Shown here: piece after piece, positions 1-13,222 of the stretch
How the letters are laid out: each line of letters starts with the position of its first letter
How positions within the stretch are numbered: position 1 is the first letter of the stretch
Assembly: GCA_951406725.2 (NCBI GenBank)
Contig: OX597827.1
Coordinates: 6,386,001 to 6,450,000 of the forward strand
Reading direction: 5' to 3'
Source: Octopus vulgaris
Lineage: Eukaryota
Length of the DNA: 64,000 nucleotides
Position numbers and translations under genes: made by a program
Notes under the pieces: model-generated
Seen by the model: only the letters and a program-made list of their open reading frames with translations
What the model was told of the DNA's origin: nothing
Databases searched by the model: none

Positions 1-1
1 C

Positions 2-2065
2 TAAACTGATATGTATCATATCGTCTGACTCAGTGTGTTGAGCTGTGTAAAGCTGAGAGGTGCTGTTGCTGACCGTTAGAGTCAGAAATACTGTGGTGGT
101 TGCTGACAATACTGGAGTCCCACTGTCTCTGACCACAAACTGAAGGTCATATGACCCAGCATCATTTTGGTAAACTGGACGAGAGAAAGACAATACTCCA
201 GAATGTGGGTTTACATTAAACAACTGTTTGTCATTGCCTTTGACAATTTCATACGTGAGGAAAGCATTCACATGACTGTCTCTGTCAGAGGCTCTTAGTA
301 CTGTGATGTCTTTGTTAATTTGTGGATGATAGTGGACATCTAGACTGAAAGGGTTGACACTAGGGAAAGTAAAGTATGGTACGTTGTCATTCTCATCCAT
401 GACTTTAACAATAACATTTGCAGTGTTGTTTAACGGTGGAATTCCACTGTCTTTCACAGAAACTTGAAATTTATAGATCTCTTGTTGCTCACGATCTAAA
501 GATTGTGTCGTTGAAATAAATCCAAAATCAGAAATTTCAAATGGAAGAACATATTGATCCTTACTGTAGAGAGAATAATAAAGTTTATTTTCTGGTCCCA
601 GATCTGGATCAGTGGCATTTATAAATCCAACAAGGAAGTTTGATTTTTCATTTTCATAGGCCAAAAATTTAAATGTATCTTTGGTAAACATAGGCCTTAC
701 ATCATTGATATCCACTACTTCAATTGAAAACTGACTCTGAGTTTGTAATGAGGGAGACCCTCTATCTTTACAAGTTATATCAAATTCAATGTGACTTTCA
801 GTTTCTCGATCGATTTCACTTTTTACTATAACTTTATATTTCATTTTACCTAAACTTTGAAGTTGAAGTTTGTCATGCTGAAGGAAACAGTCTACTTCTC
901 CATTCTGACCAATGTCATCATCTATGATCTTCACAAAGGCTATAAAACTGCCGACTTTTATTCCTTCAGATATTGTCAATTTGTTTCCAGATGATTGGGA
1001 AACAAACTTTACCTCAATTTTGGGTATGTTATTTTGTTGATTTATGATATTTACTAAAACCATGACTGTAGAACTCAGAGGTGGAATACCTCCATCTACA
1101 GCTTCGATAAACAACTTGTGGATTTTCTTGGATCCTGAGAAATACTTTTGGATAAGGAAAATCTCACCTGTTTCCTTAACTAATTTGAAATAAGATTTAG
1201 CATTGTTAGATGTTTTGGAACCAAAATAATATGATATTTTACCATTTTCGCCACTATCTAAATCCGTTGCAGATAATGTGGTAATGGGTTTGTTCTTCCT
1301 AAATCCGTTGTTGAGTGAAACATTGTAAACATTTTTAGCAAAACGTGGTGGGTTATCATTAACATCTGTTATGGAAACGTGAACATTTAAAATAGATTGT
1401 TTTGGAGGAAATCCTTGGTCCTTGGCTACTATCTGTATGTTATATTCATCTTCCATTTCTCTGTCAAGTCTTTGCTCCAAAATTATTCCAAGTGTAGCTG
1501 TCCCATCTATTTTCTTGGACACAGATAAACTAAATGGCTGGCCATGTTCATTCTTCATCCAGTAAACAATTTGTGAGTTCTGAATTCCAACATCTTTGTC
1601 AATAGCATTTGCTATTGAACGTCTTACCCCTTTGCGATCATCTTCAGAAAATTCTATCTTTACATGATCCTCGGGGAACTCTGGACGGTGATCATTGACG
1701 TCTTTTAATATAACTTTGATTTCAAGAATTTTTACAAATGATTCCTTATTTTGAACAGCAATGTCAACTGTCCTGAAGCATTCAGTATTGTATTTGCAAA
1801 GCGCTTCAGTATCTAGTTGTTGAGCTGTGTAAAGTTTCCCAGTTCTGGAGACGTTAAATAACCATAATGTGTTATTAATACCTTCTTTTAGTTGACTGAA
1901 CCAAATTAATGCACGGTCTTTTAAAGGTATGTTTTCCAACTGTATGTCTGCAGCGATATTTCCAATATATGTATCAGGTCTTTGCCCTTCCTCTACTTGA
2001 TAAGTGATATCTATGCACAAGGAGAGATTTGGAAGGAAGAGGAATATATATGTATGTATCTTCAT
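2..2065 (-). CDS. Pcdh: Protocadherin (cephalopod-expanded type), large intron-free ectodomain exon; 3'-partial (TM and cytoplasmic part lie left of the window)
   Basis: Manual translation from ATG 2065 gives 688 codons with no stop. N-terminus MKIHTYIFLFLPNLSLC/IDITYQVEEGQRPDTYIGNIAAD; EC1 LDTEALCKYNTEC (C-x5-C); linkers DVNDHRPEF, DVNDNPPRF, DINDVRPMF, DENDNVPYF; motifs LDRE, AIDKD, ATDLD, ATDPD, DxGxPxL. Six EC repeats, ending ...TLTVSNSTSQLYTAQHTESDDMIHISL at the edge. The paralogue cannot be named. Confidence 0.96.
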   Translation of the reverse strand, partial: MKIHTYIFLFLPNLSLCIDITYQVEEGQRPDTYIGNIAADIQLENIPLKDRALIWFSQLKEGINNTLWLFNVSRTGKLYTAQQLDTEALCKYNTECFRTVDIAVQNKESFVKILEIKVILKDVNDHRPEFPEDHVKIEFSEDDRKGVRRSIANAIDKDVGIQNSQIVYWMKNEHGQPFSLSVSKKIDGTATLGIILEQRLDREMEDEYNIQIVAKDQGFPPKQSILNVHVSITDVNDNPPRFAKNVYNVSLNNGFRKNKPITTLSATDLDSGENGKISYYFGSKTSNNAKSYFKLVKETGEIFLIQKYFSGSKKIHKLFIEAVDGGIPPLSSTVMVLVNIINQQNNIPKIEVKFVSQSSGNKLTISEGIKVGSFIAFVKIIDDDIGQNGEVDCFLQHDKLQLQSLGKMKYKVIVKSEIDRETESHIEFDITCKDRGSPSLQTQSQFSIEVVDINDVRPMFTKDTFKFLAYENEKSNFLVGFINATDPDLGPENKLYYSLYSKDQYVLPFEISDFGFISTTQSLDREQQEIYKFQVSVKDSGIPPLNNTANVIVKVMDENDNVPYFTFPSVNPFSLDVHYHPQINKDITVLRASDRDSHVNAFLTYEIVKGNDKQLFNVNPHSGVLSFSRPVYQNDAGSYDLQFVVRDSGTPVLSATTTVFLTLTVSNSTSQLYTAQHTESDDMIHISL

Positions 2066-2101
2066 ATTTCTTAATGTAAAAATCCAATCCAGTGAGAAAA
2101 T

Positions 2102-2121
2102 CTGAAATGAAAGAAAATAGT
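2102..2121 (-). other. 3' splice acceptor of the protocadherin coding exon (exon starts at 2101)
   Basis: Minus strand reads CTATTTTCTTTCATTTCAG|ATTTTC: polypyrimidine tract plus CAG, 36 nt before the ATG. Confidence 0.75.
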
Positions 2122-2151
2122 TTTGTATTTGATATTTTTGTTACAAATAAC

Positions 2152-2190
<39 letters not shown>

Positions 2191-2212
<22 letters not shown>

Positions 2213-2766
2213 GCCCTGATGCTGTACCAGGCAGTGGCTCTCGTGGCTGCTGATCTTAACTGATTGGGAGTGTTATCATGTGCATTGTTTTGTCTTGGTG
2301 TAAAAGATGGGCTACAGCAAATATTCTGCTCAATACCACAGATTTGCATGTCAGTTGTTTGACCTTAACCAGTTGACTATGTCCCTTAGTGGCTGATGAT
2401 ATGTGCATTTCTGATCATGAGCAGAAGTAGTGGGGGAGCATTATAGCTGTGTGTTGAAAGGAATTCTTAGAGGTTTGGATAATTCACCTCTGGAAACATG
2501 GGTGTTTCGTTGAACATCCTTAAACAATCCTTATTCAGAGACCTTTTGAGCAGGATGGACTACTTGACCAGAAGAAAATTCTAACTGGGCCCTATCTGCA
2601 AGGTCATGCGCTGTTTATCTTGATATGAGATCACCATGTCGTGCACATATGGTTGTGATGCATGTTCCTAGTGTACTCTTATCAGACAGTTAGTCATGAC
2701 GGGTATACTGGGCTTCTTATATTTTACCTCAGTATTATTTTGATGGGATGCACTACTCTCTTACTC

Positions 2767-2767
<1 letters not shown>
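2191..2767. mobile_element. ~580 bp probable interspersed repeat inserted in an (AAT)n microsatellite
   Basis: GC-richer block bounded on both sides by (AAT)n (2148-2190 and 2768-2807); single copy in window; family unassigned. Confidence 0.5.
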
Positions 2768-2808
<41 letters not shown>

Positions 2809-3194
2809 GATTTTATACATTTAAATTTAAATGATATTTGTCATCATCACTGTCTATATTGTCATCAACATCAATATTGTCATTGTTTTTATGTCATACA
2901 TATATAAATACATACATACTTAAATATATATATGTGGGATGAGTGGGAGGTTTGTGTGTGCCTGTATCTCGACATGAGCATCACCAACATACAAGCGATG
3001 TTGTTCACTTCCATTCTTCTGTGAAAAAATGTCTAGCCATGGGAAAATTTTACCCTACTTGGAAACAAGTGAGGATGGTGACAAGAAGAACATCTGGCTG
3101 CAAAAATCTGCCTGAACACATTCTGTCTCATCTATGCTTGTTCTGTAACTTGTTCTGCCCCGAGTTACAGACACTCCCTTGTCACTTTCACTAC

Positions 3195-3416
3195 TGGCAG
3201 AATCGTTAGCACGCCGGGCGAAATGCTTAGCGGTATTTTGTTTGAGTTCTGAGTTCAAATTCTGCAGAGGTCGACTTTGCCTTTCATCCTTTTGGGGTCG
3301 ATTAAATAAGTACCAGTTACGCACTGGGGTCGATGTAATCGACTTAATCCGTTTGTCTGTCCTTGTTTGTCCCCTCTGTGTTTAGCCCCTTGTGGGTAGT
3401 AAAGAAATAGGTATTG
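3195..3416 (+). mobile_element. SINE family B copy (GGCAGAATCGTTAGCAC...GTCGACTTTGCCTTTCATCCTTT...AAAGAAATAGGTATT)
   Basis: Near-identical to copies at 39624-40045, 50087-50320 and 59505-59740; B-box-like GAGTTCAAATTC. Confidence 0.85.
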
Positions 3417-3880
3417 ACTGAACCAGTGATTAATTCAAACCTGTACCTAATGACACTATTTTTCACTAAATGCAATAGAAAATTAATTTTAAACAACTTA
3501 AGAGCAAATAAATTTACAATTTATCTAAGGAATTTGAAAATTTTTTCATCAGTTTTCTTTTATTCTTGGGCATCAGCATTTATGTAACACCACTATAAAT
3601 TCTTCCTCTGTACTTGCTTTATGAGCCAATGGATCTCATGGCTTTCTCAGATCTCTTAACCTTGATTGTTATTAATAAATATTTCTTTGAATTAAGAATA
3701 AGGGCCAATTTATTTAGTAGCGGGATAATGTCAATAGAACTGACTTCAGTATATTACTAGTAATTGCTATATATTTGCTAATTGTGTCAATTCCTCTGTG
3801 TTGCTTCTTATAATATGAGCTGCTTAATGAATTATGTGCCTTTTGCAGTGCCCTGCTAATTACGGTAGCTGGAAATATAC

Positions 3881-4236
3881 ATGTATGTATGTATGTATGT
3901 ATGTATGTATGTATGTATGTATGTATGTATGTATGTATGTATGTATGTATGTATGTATGTATGTATGTATGTATGTATGTATGTATGTATGTATGTATGT
4001 ATGTATGTATGTATGTATGTATGTATGTATGTATGTAGGTAGGTATGTATGTATGTATGTATGTATGTATGTATGTATGTATGTATGTATGTATGTATGT
4101 ATGTATGTATGTATGTATGTATGTATGTATGTATGTATGTATGTATGTATGTATGTATGTATGTATGTATGTATGTATGTATGTATGTATGTATGTATGT
4201 ATGTATGTATGTATGTATGTATGCATGTATGTATGT
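3881..4236. repeat. (ATGT)n microsatellite, ~355 bp
   Basis: Directly visible; source of the HTYI/MYVC ORFs. Confidence 0.98.
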
Positions 4237-4510
4237 ATAAAACACAAAGGAATGAGGATTTTAGTCCACAATAGGGAACACCTTGTTATATACATGCATT
4301 TTTCTTTAGATCAGCATAATGCTATTATTGATTAAATATGAATCATTTACTCACAGAGAACCATCACATCTAAGGACCTTAAGATGTGTGCAGAAAAGAA
4401 ACACGTGTTGGCATCTTATATGTTAGAAATTATAATTAAAGTTATATAATCCTCTATTCGTTATTATGTATTTCCATATATATACATATATATATAGTTG
4501 CATGTGTGTG

Positions 4511-4557
<47 letters not shown>

Positions 4558-5010
4558 TTCCATGTGTATATATGTATATATGGAAAGAAGAAATGTATTC
4601 TCACAAAAGGGAAAATATAGAATATGGTTTGGAGTTTGAAAAGGAACCTGAATCTGAAAAACGTGTTGTCATTTTTATATAGATTTATTCACATGCCAAA
4701 CTAGTTTCAGCAATTTCTTGCTTAACAATAGCAGACACACATATACATATCTAAAGGGGGGAGGGCAGGAGAGTCTAAAAGTACAAGGTAAAAATTGGAC
4801 AAGCATTTTTAAACCATCAAACTTTCAAAATGTTCACAGAAATATATATATGTATATGCATCGAAATTGCTAGGATGATCCGGTTCTTGACTGAAGATTG
4901 AAGGCTTCAAATGTCCCGTCCGTGTTTTTTGTATCGTCTTCTAAATGTTTTACGTTCTTGTCCCAGTTTGTATTTTTTTAATATATATAATTTCTATATA
5001 TAATAATAAT

Positions 5011-5065
<55 letters not shown>

Positions 5066-5374
5066 TATGTATGTATATATATCACAACACTTCAGTCAGT
5101 TTAGAAGCTATTTGTGACTAAATCAAAATAGTCAAGATAGCTAGACCAGATAAATTTGACAAACTATCTTCAGTGTGTTGGAATGTTATAGATCAGGGAA
5201 TTCAGCTATTTCATAACAATGAACAATTCAGACTTTAATCCTCAGAAACAAGAGCTTTTTCCTTGCATACATTGCCCAACATAACAGATGCTATACAAGA
5301 CTGTAAAATTTTGAGACTGCTTTAGAAAGTGCTAGAAATTTGTTGAATATATTTCAGACACTAAGCACAGGTAT

Positions 5375-5880
<506 letters not shown>

Positions 5881-6547
5881 AATGGCACTTTCTGTCTACA
5901 TGATTTCAAAAGCCCCAATGACAACAGATGAAAATTTCGTTTGGAATCCAAATTGCAATTTCAAAGCTGTCGCAGTTGAAGAAAAATAAATCATCACATA
6001 TTCACAAGTGATGCTTTTACACATGGAAAATTCTCAGGCATTATCCGAACTGGGCTACAGTAGAAATAAAATTTTTACACTGGATATTGTCATCCAACAA
6101 ACTAGATCTTTGGAACAAGCTTATCCTTTAAATGATTGAATTGGCATCAATAATCTTCTTTCGATACTTTTGTATTCTATCTGCAACAACTACTTAAAAA
6201 TATATATGAATAGCGATCATTTTAGAATATAAATGCAATTTTAGTGTAATTAATGGAAATTAGTAGAATGATAATTATGTTGTGTAACTGAATCATTTAA
6301 AAATATATATATTTTTTATTTCTTTTTAGCTTTGCCATTTGCTGTTAATTAAATAAGTGGATAGATGCAGACAGGTAGTCTTTGGGAAAAAAGAAGAGTG
6401 GAAAAAAAAAAAAACATGAGCAGAAGTGGTGAGGGCTTATCTTAGGATGCTGAGCTTCACAAAAGAGATGATGAAGGACAGGGAAAAGTGGAGAGATGCT
6501 ATTTAGAAATTAACCTGTTCAACCCATAGCAACATGGAGAAATTGAT

Positions 6548-6855
6548 GTGGTGCCGGTAATGGTGGTCATGGTGGTGGTGGTGGCAGTGGTGGTGGTTGT
6601 GGTGGTTGTGGCTTTGGTGGCGGTCATGGTGGTGGTTGTGGCTTCGGTAGTGGTGTGGGGGTGGTGGTGGTGACTGTGGTCGTTGTTGTGATTGTAGTGA
6701 AGGTCTTGGTGATGGTGGTGGAGGTGGTGATGGTTGTGGAGGTGGTGGTGGTGGTCGTTGTCATCGTGGTTGCGACCATAGTGAAGATCTTAGTGATGGT
6801 GGTGGTGGAGGGCTTGGTGGTGTTAGTGTTGGTAATGCCGGTGGTAATGATGATA
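6548..6855. repeat. Degenerate (GGT)n low-complexity tract
   Basis: Directly visible. Confidence 0.9.
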
Positions 6856-7721
6856 CCACCTTCACTTTCCAAATAATAATTTTGTATCAAGGAAGGAAAC
6901 GAGTCCTATATGATTAGCTAAACAATGAACTAAAGAGAGATAAATTCAAATTCAATATAAATCAATATGTTAATGTGTGTGTGTGTGTGTGTTTGTGTGG
7001 TTTGTTCTTCCCCCAACTATTTCACTGCTTGACAACCAATGTTGGTTTGCTTATGTCCCATAACTTAGTGGTTCAGCAAAAGAGATCGGTACAATAAATT
7101 CCAGGCTTATAAAATAAGTCCTGGAGACTAATTTGTTTGACAGAAACCCTTCAAGGCCAGGCTTCAGCATATCTACAGGCTAATATTTTGAAACAAACTA
7201 TAAAGATTAAAAAATGTATTGTGAATCACATTTTCTGAAGTATGTCTTCTTTCTTAGGACAGTAGGGTGTAATTTGAGTTGAGGGAGACTTGAATGTCGT
7301 TCATAATAGTTTTAACATGACAGCATACAGGTTCCAGCATTGGTTTGTCATCATCATAATAATATTATAAAATAATTACAAACATTGTTGAAGACAAATG
7401 TATAAATTTCTTTTTGTAAACAAATTTATCATTTTAACAAATTTATCATTCATCTCATATCATTTTCTGTTCATTGGCCTTTCATTTTATGCACCATTTG
7501 AGTCACATGTTATTGTGCATAGTTTTTTTTTTCAAACTGTAGATCTATCTAAAAGAAAACTAGATATTTTTTTCATTATTTTGCATTTTTCATTTCATTC
7601 AAAAGGTTTTTCAATTTTTTTCTTTTTGTTTTCACTTTCCTACCTTATTTTTCTAATTTCAGTTGCCATCATGATTTAATTATTCCTTGTGTCAGAAGAA
7701 TTCTACAAAATGAATTAGGAT

Positions 7722-7937
7722 TGTAGAGCTGAAAAAGAAGTAATTTCTACTCTTCTCCTCTGGAAGCCATCTACTCGCAACACCAGAGGGCGCACACTCT
7801 CCTACCCTGATGTAATCTCCAGGGATACAGGCATCCAGCAACAGGACCTCCGTAATGCTATGATGGACCGTGAAGTCTGGCGCAACATGGTAAATTCCAT
7901 TGTCTCGACCACGGTCGAACAATGATGATGATGATGA
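7722..7937 (+). mobile_element. 5'-truncated RTE-clade LINE 3' end with (ATG)n tail
   Basis: 7722-7925 translates CRAEKEVISTLLLWKPSTRNTRGRTLSYPDVISRDTGIQQQDLRNAMMDREVWRNMVNSIVSTTVEQ*. This has the LLLW-P...GR...D...DR--WR signature of the RTE/RTE-X ORF C-terminus and is followed by TGATGATGATGA. Confidence 0.85.
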
Positions 7938-8502
7938 GAACAAATCTTGGGGTGCCATAATTGAAGCATTGTCCTTTATATTCAAAATACACAAGATGTA
8001 CATGCCAGAGTAAACCAGTAATATCAATTTATAAATTGCCTCAAAGATTGGAAAGGGAGAATACGTATAAAAGTATTTGGATATATTTTTGTATATGTGT
8101 GCATGTGTGTTTGCACGAATACACGCATACACAAATAGATTTAAACACTTCAATATGATAATGAAATCAAATTTACATTTATATGTATGTACATATGTAT
8201 GTACGTATGTATGTATGTATGTATTTACGTATGTATGTACGTATGTATGTATCTATCTATGTTATATGTATGCATCTATATATTTAGATATGTGTGTATA
8301 TATGTGTATATGTAAGTGTATATATATATATATATAAATATATATACATACACATATACATATACACACACACACATATATATATACACTCATACACATG
8401 CACATATATATATATATGCATGTGTATATGTATATATATGTGAATATGTTTTATATATATACATATACATACACACATGCATATATATACATTTATATAT
8501 TC

Positions 8503-8581
<79 letters not shown>

Positions 8582-9782
8582 TTCCATTTTATGTGATAGA
8601 AAACAGTCGTGTATGCTTGTAAATATTTGCACCATTACACAAATACATTTATACAATAGAATAGTTTCTTATATGTTAATCTCTCTTTCAACTACTTTCT
8701 CTCTCTTCTCACACACACACACACACACACACACTTACACTTATACACATCTTTAAGATACATCTTTACAGATAAGCATATGCGTAAAAATCACACATGC
8801 ATGTACATATAGGCAAAAAAAAAAAACACATGTAACAGTCAGAAATTGATGCAAGTGATTACATCTTTATATACACAGTCAGAAATAACCATATACACAC
8901 ATACACACACATACACACACCTGCACGCAACTTTTAGTACTAAAAAAAAAAAAAAAAGAAAGGAAAAAAACTACAACAGCAACACATAAAAATTGCCAAA
9001 AATCTAATTTGGATAGGAATCTTCTTGTAACCATATTAAGCTTATGCTCGTGTTTTCAATTGGACGCAGATCTAACAGCAATACTGGATGTGACAAGACA
9101 AGTACACACTTAGATTGAAGAAGTGTGGGAGGAAAGGGGGGGGTTCTAGGGAGCTGTCTTGAATATAAAAAAGGACTGCTGGCCAATATCTGTTTAGAAA
9201 TAAAAGTATAGCAAAGAGGATTACATGGAATTAAGATCGGATTGCAGCATTTTAAAGACAAGATGATGGAAGTGGATTTCAAGGTTTAAATTTGTGTAAA
9301 AAGGAAGAACATTTTTTTTCCTTATAGAATTTTTATCCTGATCAATACACCATAGACAAGTGGATATGTATGGTTTTTTTTCTTTTTTCTTTTCCTTTCA
9401 TTTTGGTTTCAAATTTTTGAACCAGAATATAAAACTAAAGCTAAAAATATATAAAATAAATGAATAAAGAGATCATTGTTTCTTTATCTTTACTGGGATC
9501 AAGCTTTCATTAAAGATTTTGCTGAGAGAATTGAGTTAATCTTTAGTATTATTACTGGGAGAATCAGAAAATAGGAAACTGGTAGTTGTCACTTGTGAAG
9601 ATTCAACTTTAAAATTAACTCTACAAATTTATTACTTGGATTGAGAGCTCATTTTTCTTTTTTGCGAAGACTCATGCATTTATGTATTTATTACATATAT
9701 GTGAGTATGTGTGTGTAGATAGATACATAGATAAATAGATAGATGCGTACATACAAACATATACATACATATACATACATAC

Positions 9783-9827
<45 letters not shown>

Positions 9828-10034
9828 CATATATGCCCAATGTTATGACCAAGAATCACTCTCAGTAAGAAGCCTGAAGTAATTAGTTATATCCTACTGA
9901 ATTTTTTGAATGTGTACACACACATATGTAAATACATAATATGTATGTAGGGAGATATATAGACTGACATATACATACATACATACATACATACATACAT
10001 ACATACATACATACATACATACATAATATATACA

Positions 10035-10065
<31 letters not shown>

Positions 10066-10149
10066 CTTATATATATAGATACTATGTACAAGTGTCTAGT
10101 TATCTATCTATGCAGACAGAGACACACAGACACACAGACATACACACAC

Positions 10150-10206
<57 letters not shown>

Positions 10207-10515
10207 TACACACACATTCTGCCTATACCATTCAATCAAACTTGAGATTTTCTAGGGAAGTTACACTGGAGTGATTTCCAATTGCCTCTCCAGGAAGTCT
10301 ATCCAGGAATATAATGAAATTTTCTTGATAGATCAGTGCTCGTGACATTTGAGCTGGTAGTCCAATAATATCTTGTTGCATCACCCATTTCGTTGTCACA
10401 TATATGACTCACACACACACATGCACGTAAAAAATATACATCTATATATACGTAATTCATCTATATATATATACACACACACACACACATATATATGTGT
10501 GTTTGTGTGTGCATA

Positions 10516-10575
<60 letters not shown>

Positions 10576-10763
10576 TACATACATACATACATACATATAT
10601 ATATATATAAAATAAATAGGAATAAAGTTGATTTTGTAGTTATGTACATTTCCACAAGAACAACCGTTTATTTGTTTATTAGCATTTATATAATACAACG
10701 AAATAACCAGACTATTTCACCAACCATGATCATAAGGATACCTACTAAATGGATACACACATA

Positions 10764-10897
10764 CCTGCCTGCGTCAGTTGTTGACTGCCATGACACTGCA
10801 TCCTTTAAGGCCCTCATGCTTTCCAAAATCCGCCGAAACTACACCTGATTATATATACACCTTAGATGAGTTGTAGTGCACCTGAGCACTGTACACA

Positions 10898-10934
<37 letters not shown>
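10764..10934 (+). mobile_element. CR1/L2-like LINE 3' fragment with (TTA)n tail
   Basis: LPASVVDCHDTASFKALMLSKIRRNYT* resembles the (WN)LP--VV-----SFK C-terminus of CR1-type ORF2; short 3'UTR then (TTA)n. Confidence 0.65.
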
Positions 10935-10936
<2 letters not shown>

Positions 10937-11125
10937 CACACACACGCACACACACAGATATATGCATATGGTAAAGAACAAAGTGCAATGTGCTTATTAT
11001 GCTTTACACTCTCATTTCAAATCTTGTCAAAATCAACTTGGTCATTCTTGCTTTCTCAGATCTCTAAAATAAACAGCTGTCAAATACTAAGAATCAATAT
11101 ATACACACACACACACAAATATATA

Positions 11126-12044
11126 GGTGTAAGTGTGGCTGTGTGGTAAGTAGCTTGTCTACCAACCGCATGGTTCCGGGTTCAGTCCCACTGCGTGGCA
11201 CCTTGGGCAAGTGTCTTCTACTATAGCCTCGGGCCGACCAAAGCCTTGTAAGTGGATTTGGTAGACGGAAACTGAAAGAAGCCCGTCGTATATATGTATA
11301 TATATATATATGCGTGTGTGTGTTTGTGTGTCTGTGTTTGTCCCCTAGCATTGCTTGACAACCGATGCTGGTGTGTTTATGTCCCCGTCACTTAGCAGTT
11401 CGGCAAAAGAGACCGATAGAATAAGTACTGGACTTACAAAAGAATAAGTCCCGGGGTCGAGTTGCTCGATTAAAGGCGGTGCTCCAGCATGGCTGCAGTC
11501 AAATGACTGAAACAAGTAAAAGAGAGTAAAAGAGAGTAAGAGTATACCCAACTGTTTACTTCTTTCAAATACCAGACCTTGTATTTGTGGTCCATATTTT
11601 TAAGTTATTTTGTTTCTCCATATTATGTCTTCGAGAAATAAGGTACAGGAGTGGGTGTGTTGTAAGTAGCTTGCTTACCAACCACATGGTTCCGGGTTCA
11701 GTCCCACTGCATGGCACCTTGGGCAAGTAATATTCTACTATAGCCTTGTGTTAACCAAAGCTTTTTGAGTGGATTTGGTAGACGGAATCTGAAAGAAGCC
11801 TGTCGTATATATATATATATATTTGCATATGTTTGTGTGTCTGTGTTTATCCCCCTCGACTATCACTTGACAACAGATGTTGGTGTGTTTACATCCCCCG
11901 TAACTTAACAGTTTGGTAAAAGTGACCAATAGAATAAGTACTAGGTGCACAAAGAATATGTCCTGGGGTCGATTTGTTCGACTAAAGGCGGTGCTCCAGC
12001 ATGGCTGCAGTCAAATGACTGAAACAAATAAAAGAATATATACA

Positions 12045-12088
<44 letters not shown>

Positions 12089-12672
12089 ACACACACATAC
12101 ACACACACACACACATATATAGGCACAGGCCTGGCTGGGTGGTAAGAAGATTGCTTCTCAACCACACGGTTTCAAGGTCAGTGCCACTGTGTGGCACCTT
12201 GGGCAAGAGTCATCTATTATAGCCTCAGGGTGACCAAAGACTTGTGAGTGGATTTGGTAGACAGAAACTGAAAGAAGTCCATCTTAAATATACTTATACA
12301 TATATACATATATGTGTGTCTTTGAGTCTGTGTTTGTCCCCCCACTCACTTGACAACCAGTGTTAGTGTGTTTATATCCCCATAACTTAGAAGTTTGGGA
12401 AAAGCACCAATAAAACAAACACTGAGCTTAAGAAGTAAATCCTGGTGTCAATTTGTTTGACTAAAACCCTTCAAGGCAATGCTCCAGTATGGCCACAGTG
12501 AAATGACTGAAAAATGTAAAAGAATGAATGAATAAAGGAATATATATATAGGTGCAGGAGTAGCTGTGTGGTAAGTAGCTTGCTTACCAACCACATGGTC
12601 CCAGGTTCAGTCCCACTGCATGGCACCTTGGGCAAGTGTCTTCTACTATAGCCTTGGGCTGACCAAAGCCTT
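11126..12672 (+). mobile_element. Four head-to-tail copies of tRNA-derived SINE family A (~11126-11542, 11642-12036, 12122-12530, partial 12551-12672)
   Basis: Head GGTGCAGGAGTGGCTGTGTGGTAAG (A box) ... GGTTCAGTCCC (B box), then GGCACCTTGGGCAAGTGTCTTCTACTATAGCC, an internal (TA)/(TG) microsatellite, and a GAAACAAGTAAAAGAG tail. Confidence 0.92.
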
Positions 12673-12742
12673 CACAGCTATCACAGAAGGGTGCCATTGA
12701 CTGTAATCCTGAGGATGGTATGTGGTTAAATAATTATATTCA

Positions 12743-12784
<42 letters not shown>

Positions 12785-13222
12785 TGAATATAATTATTTA
12801 ACCACTTATATATATATATATATACACGTGTACATATGTATGCATACACACACTCACACACACACACATACACACACACACAAATACATATACATGTGTA
12901 GATCGTAGATTATTATAATATGCTGTATATAAAATAAAGTTTGTGGATGTACAAGTCTTCATACTCTTTATTATTATTACTATCAATATAATCTCCAGAC
13001 AATTATTTTCTGTCCCCGCAAAGAAAACACAGAATTACGCATTGGAAGAATTTATGGAGTGACTAACAACTAAATGTAGTCACAGACACGTTATATACTG
13101 ATTGTTGTAGTTAGCCATTAACTGGAACTTAACCAAGAGCTAATACGGTATCCACCTGGATAATATATCCCTCCATATATATATATGTAACCAAGAAAAA
13201 AGCAACAAGAATGGATCGGTAG

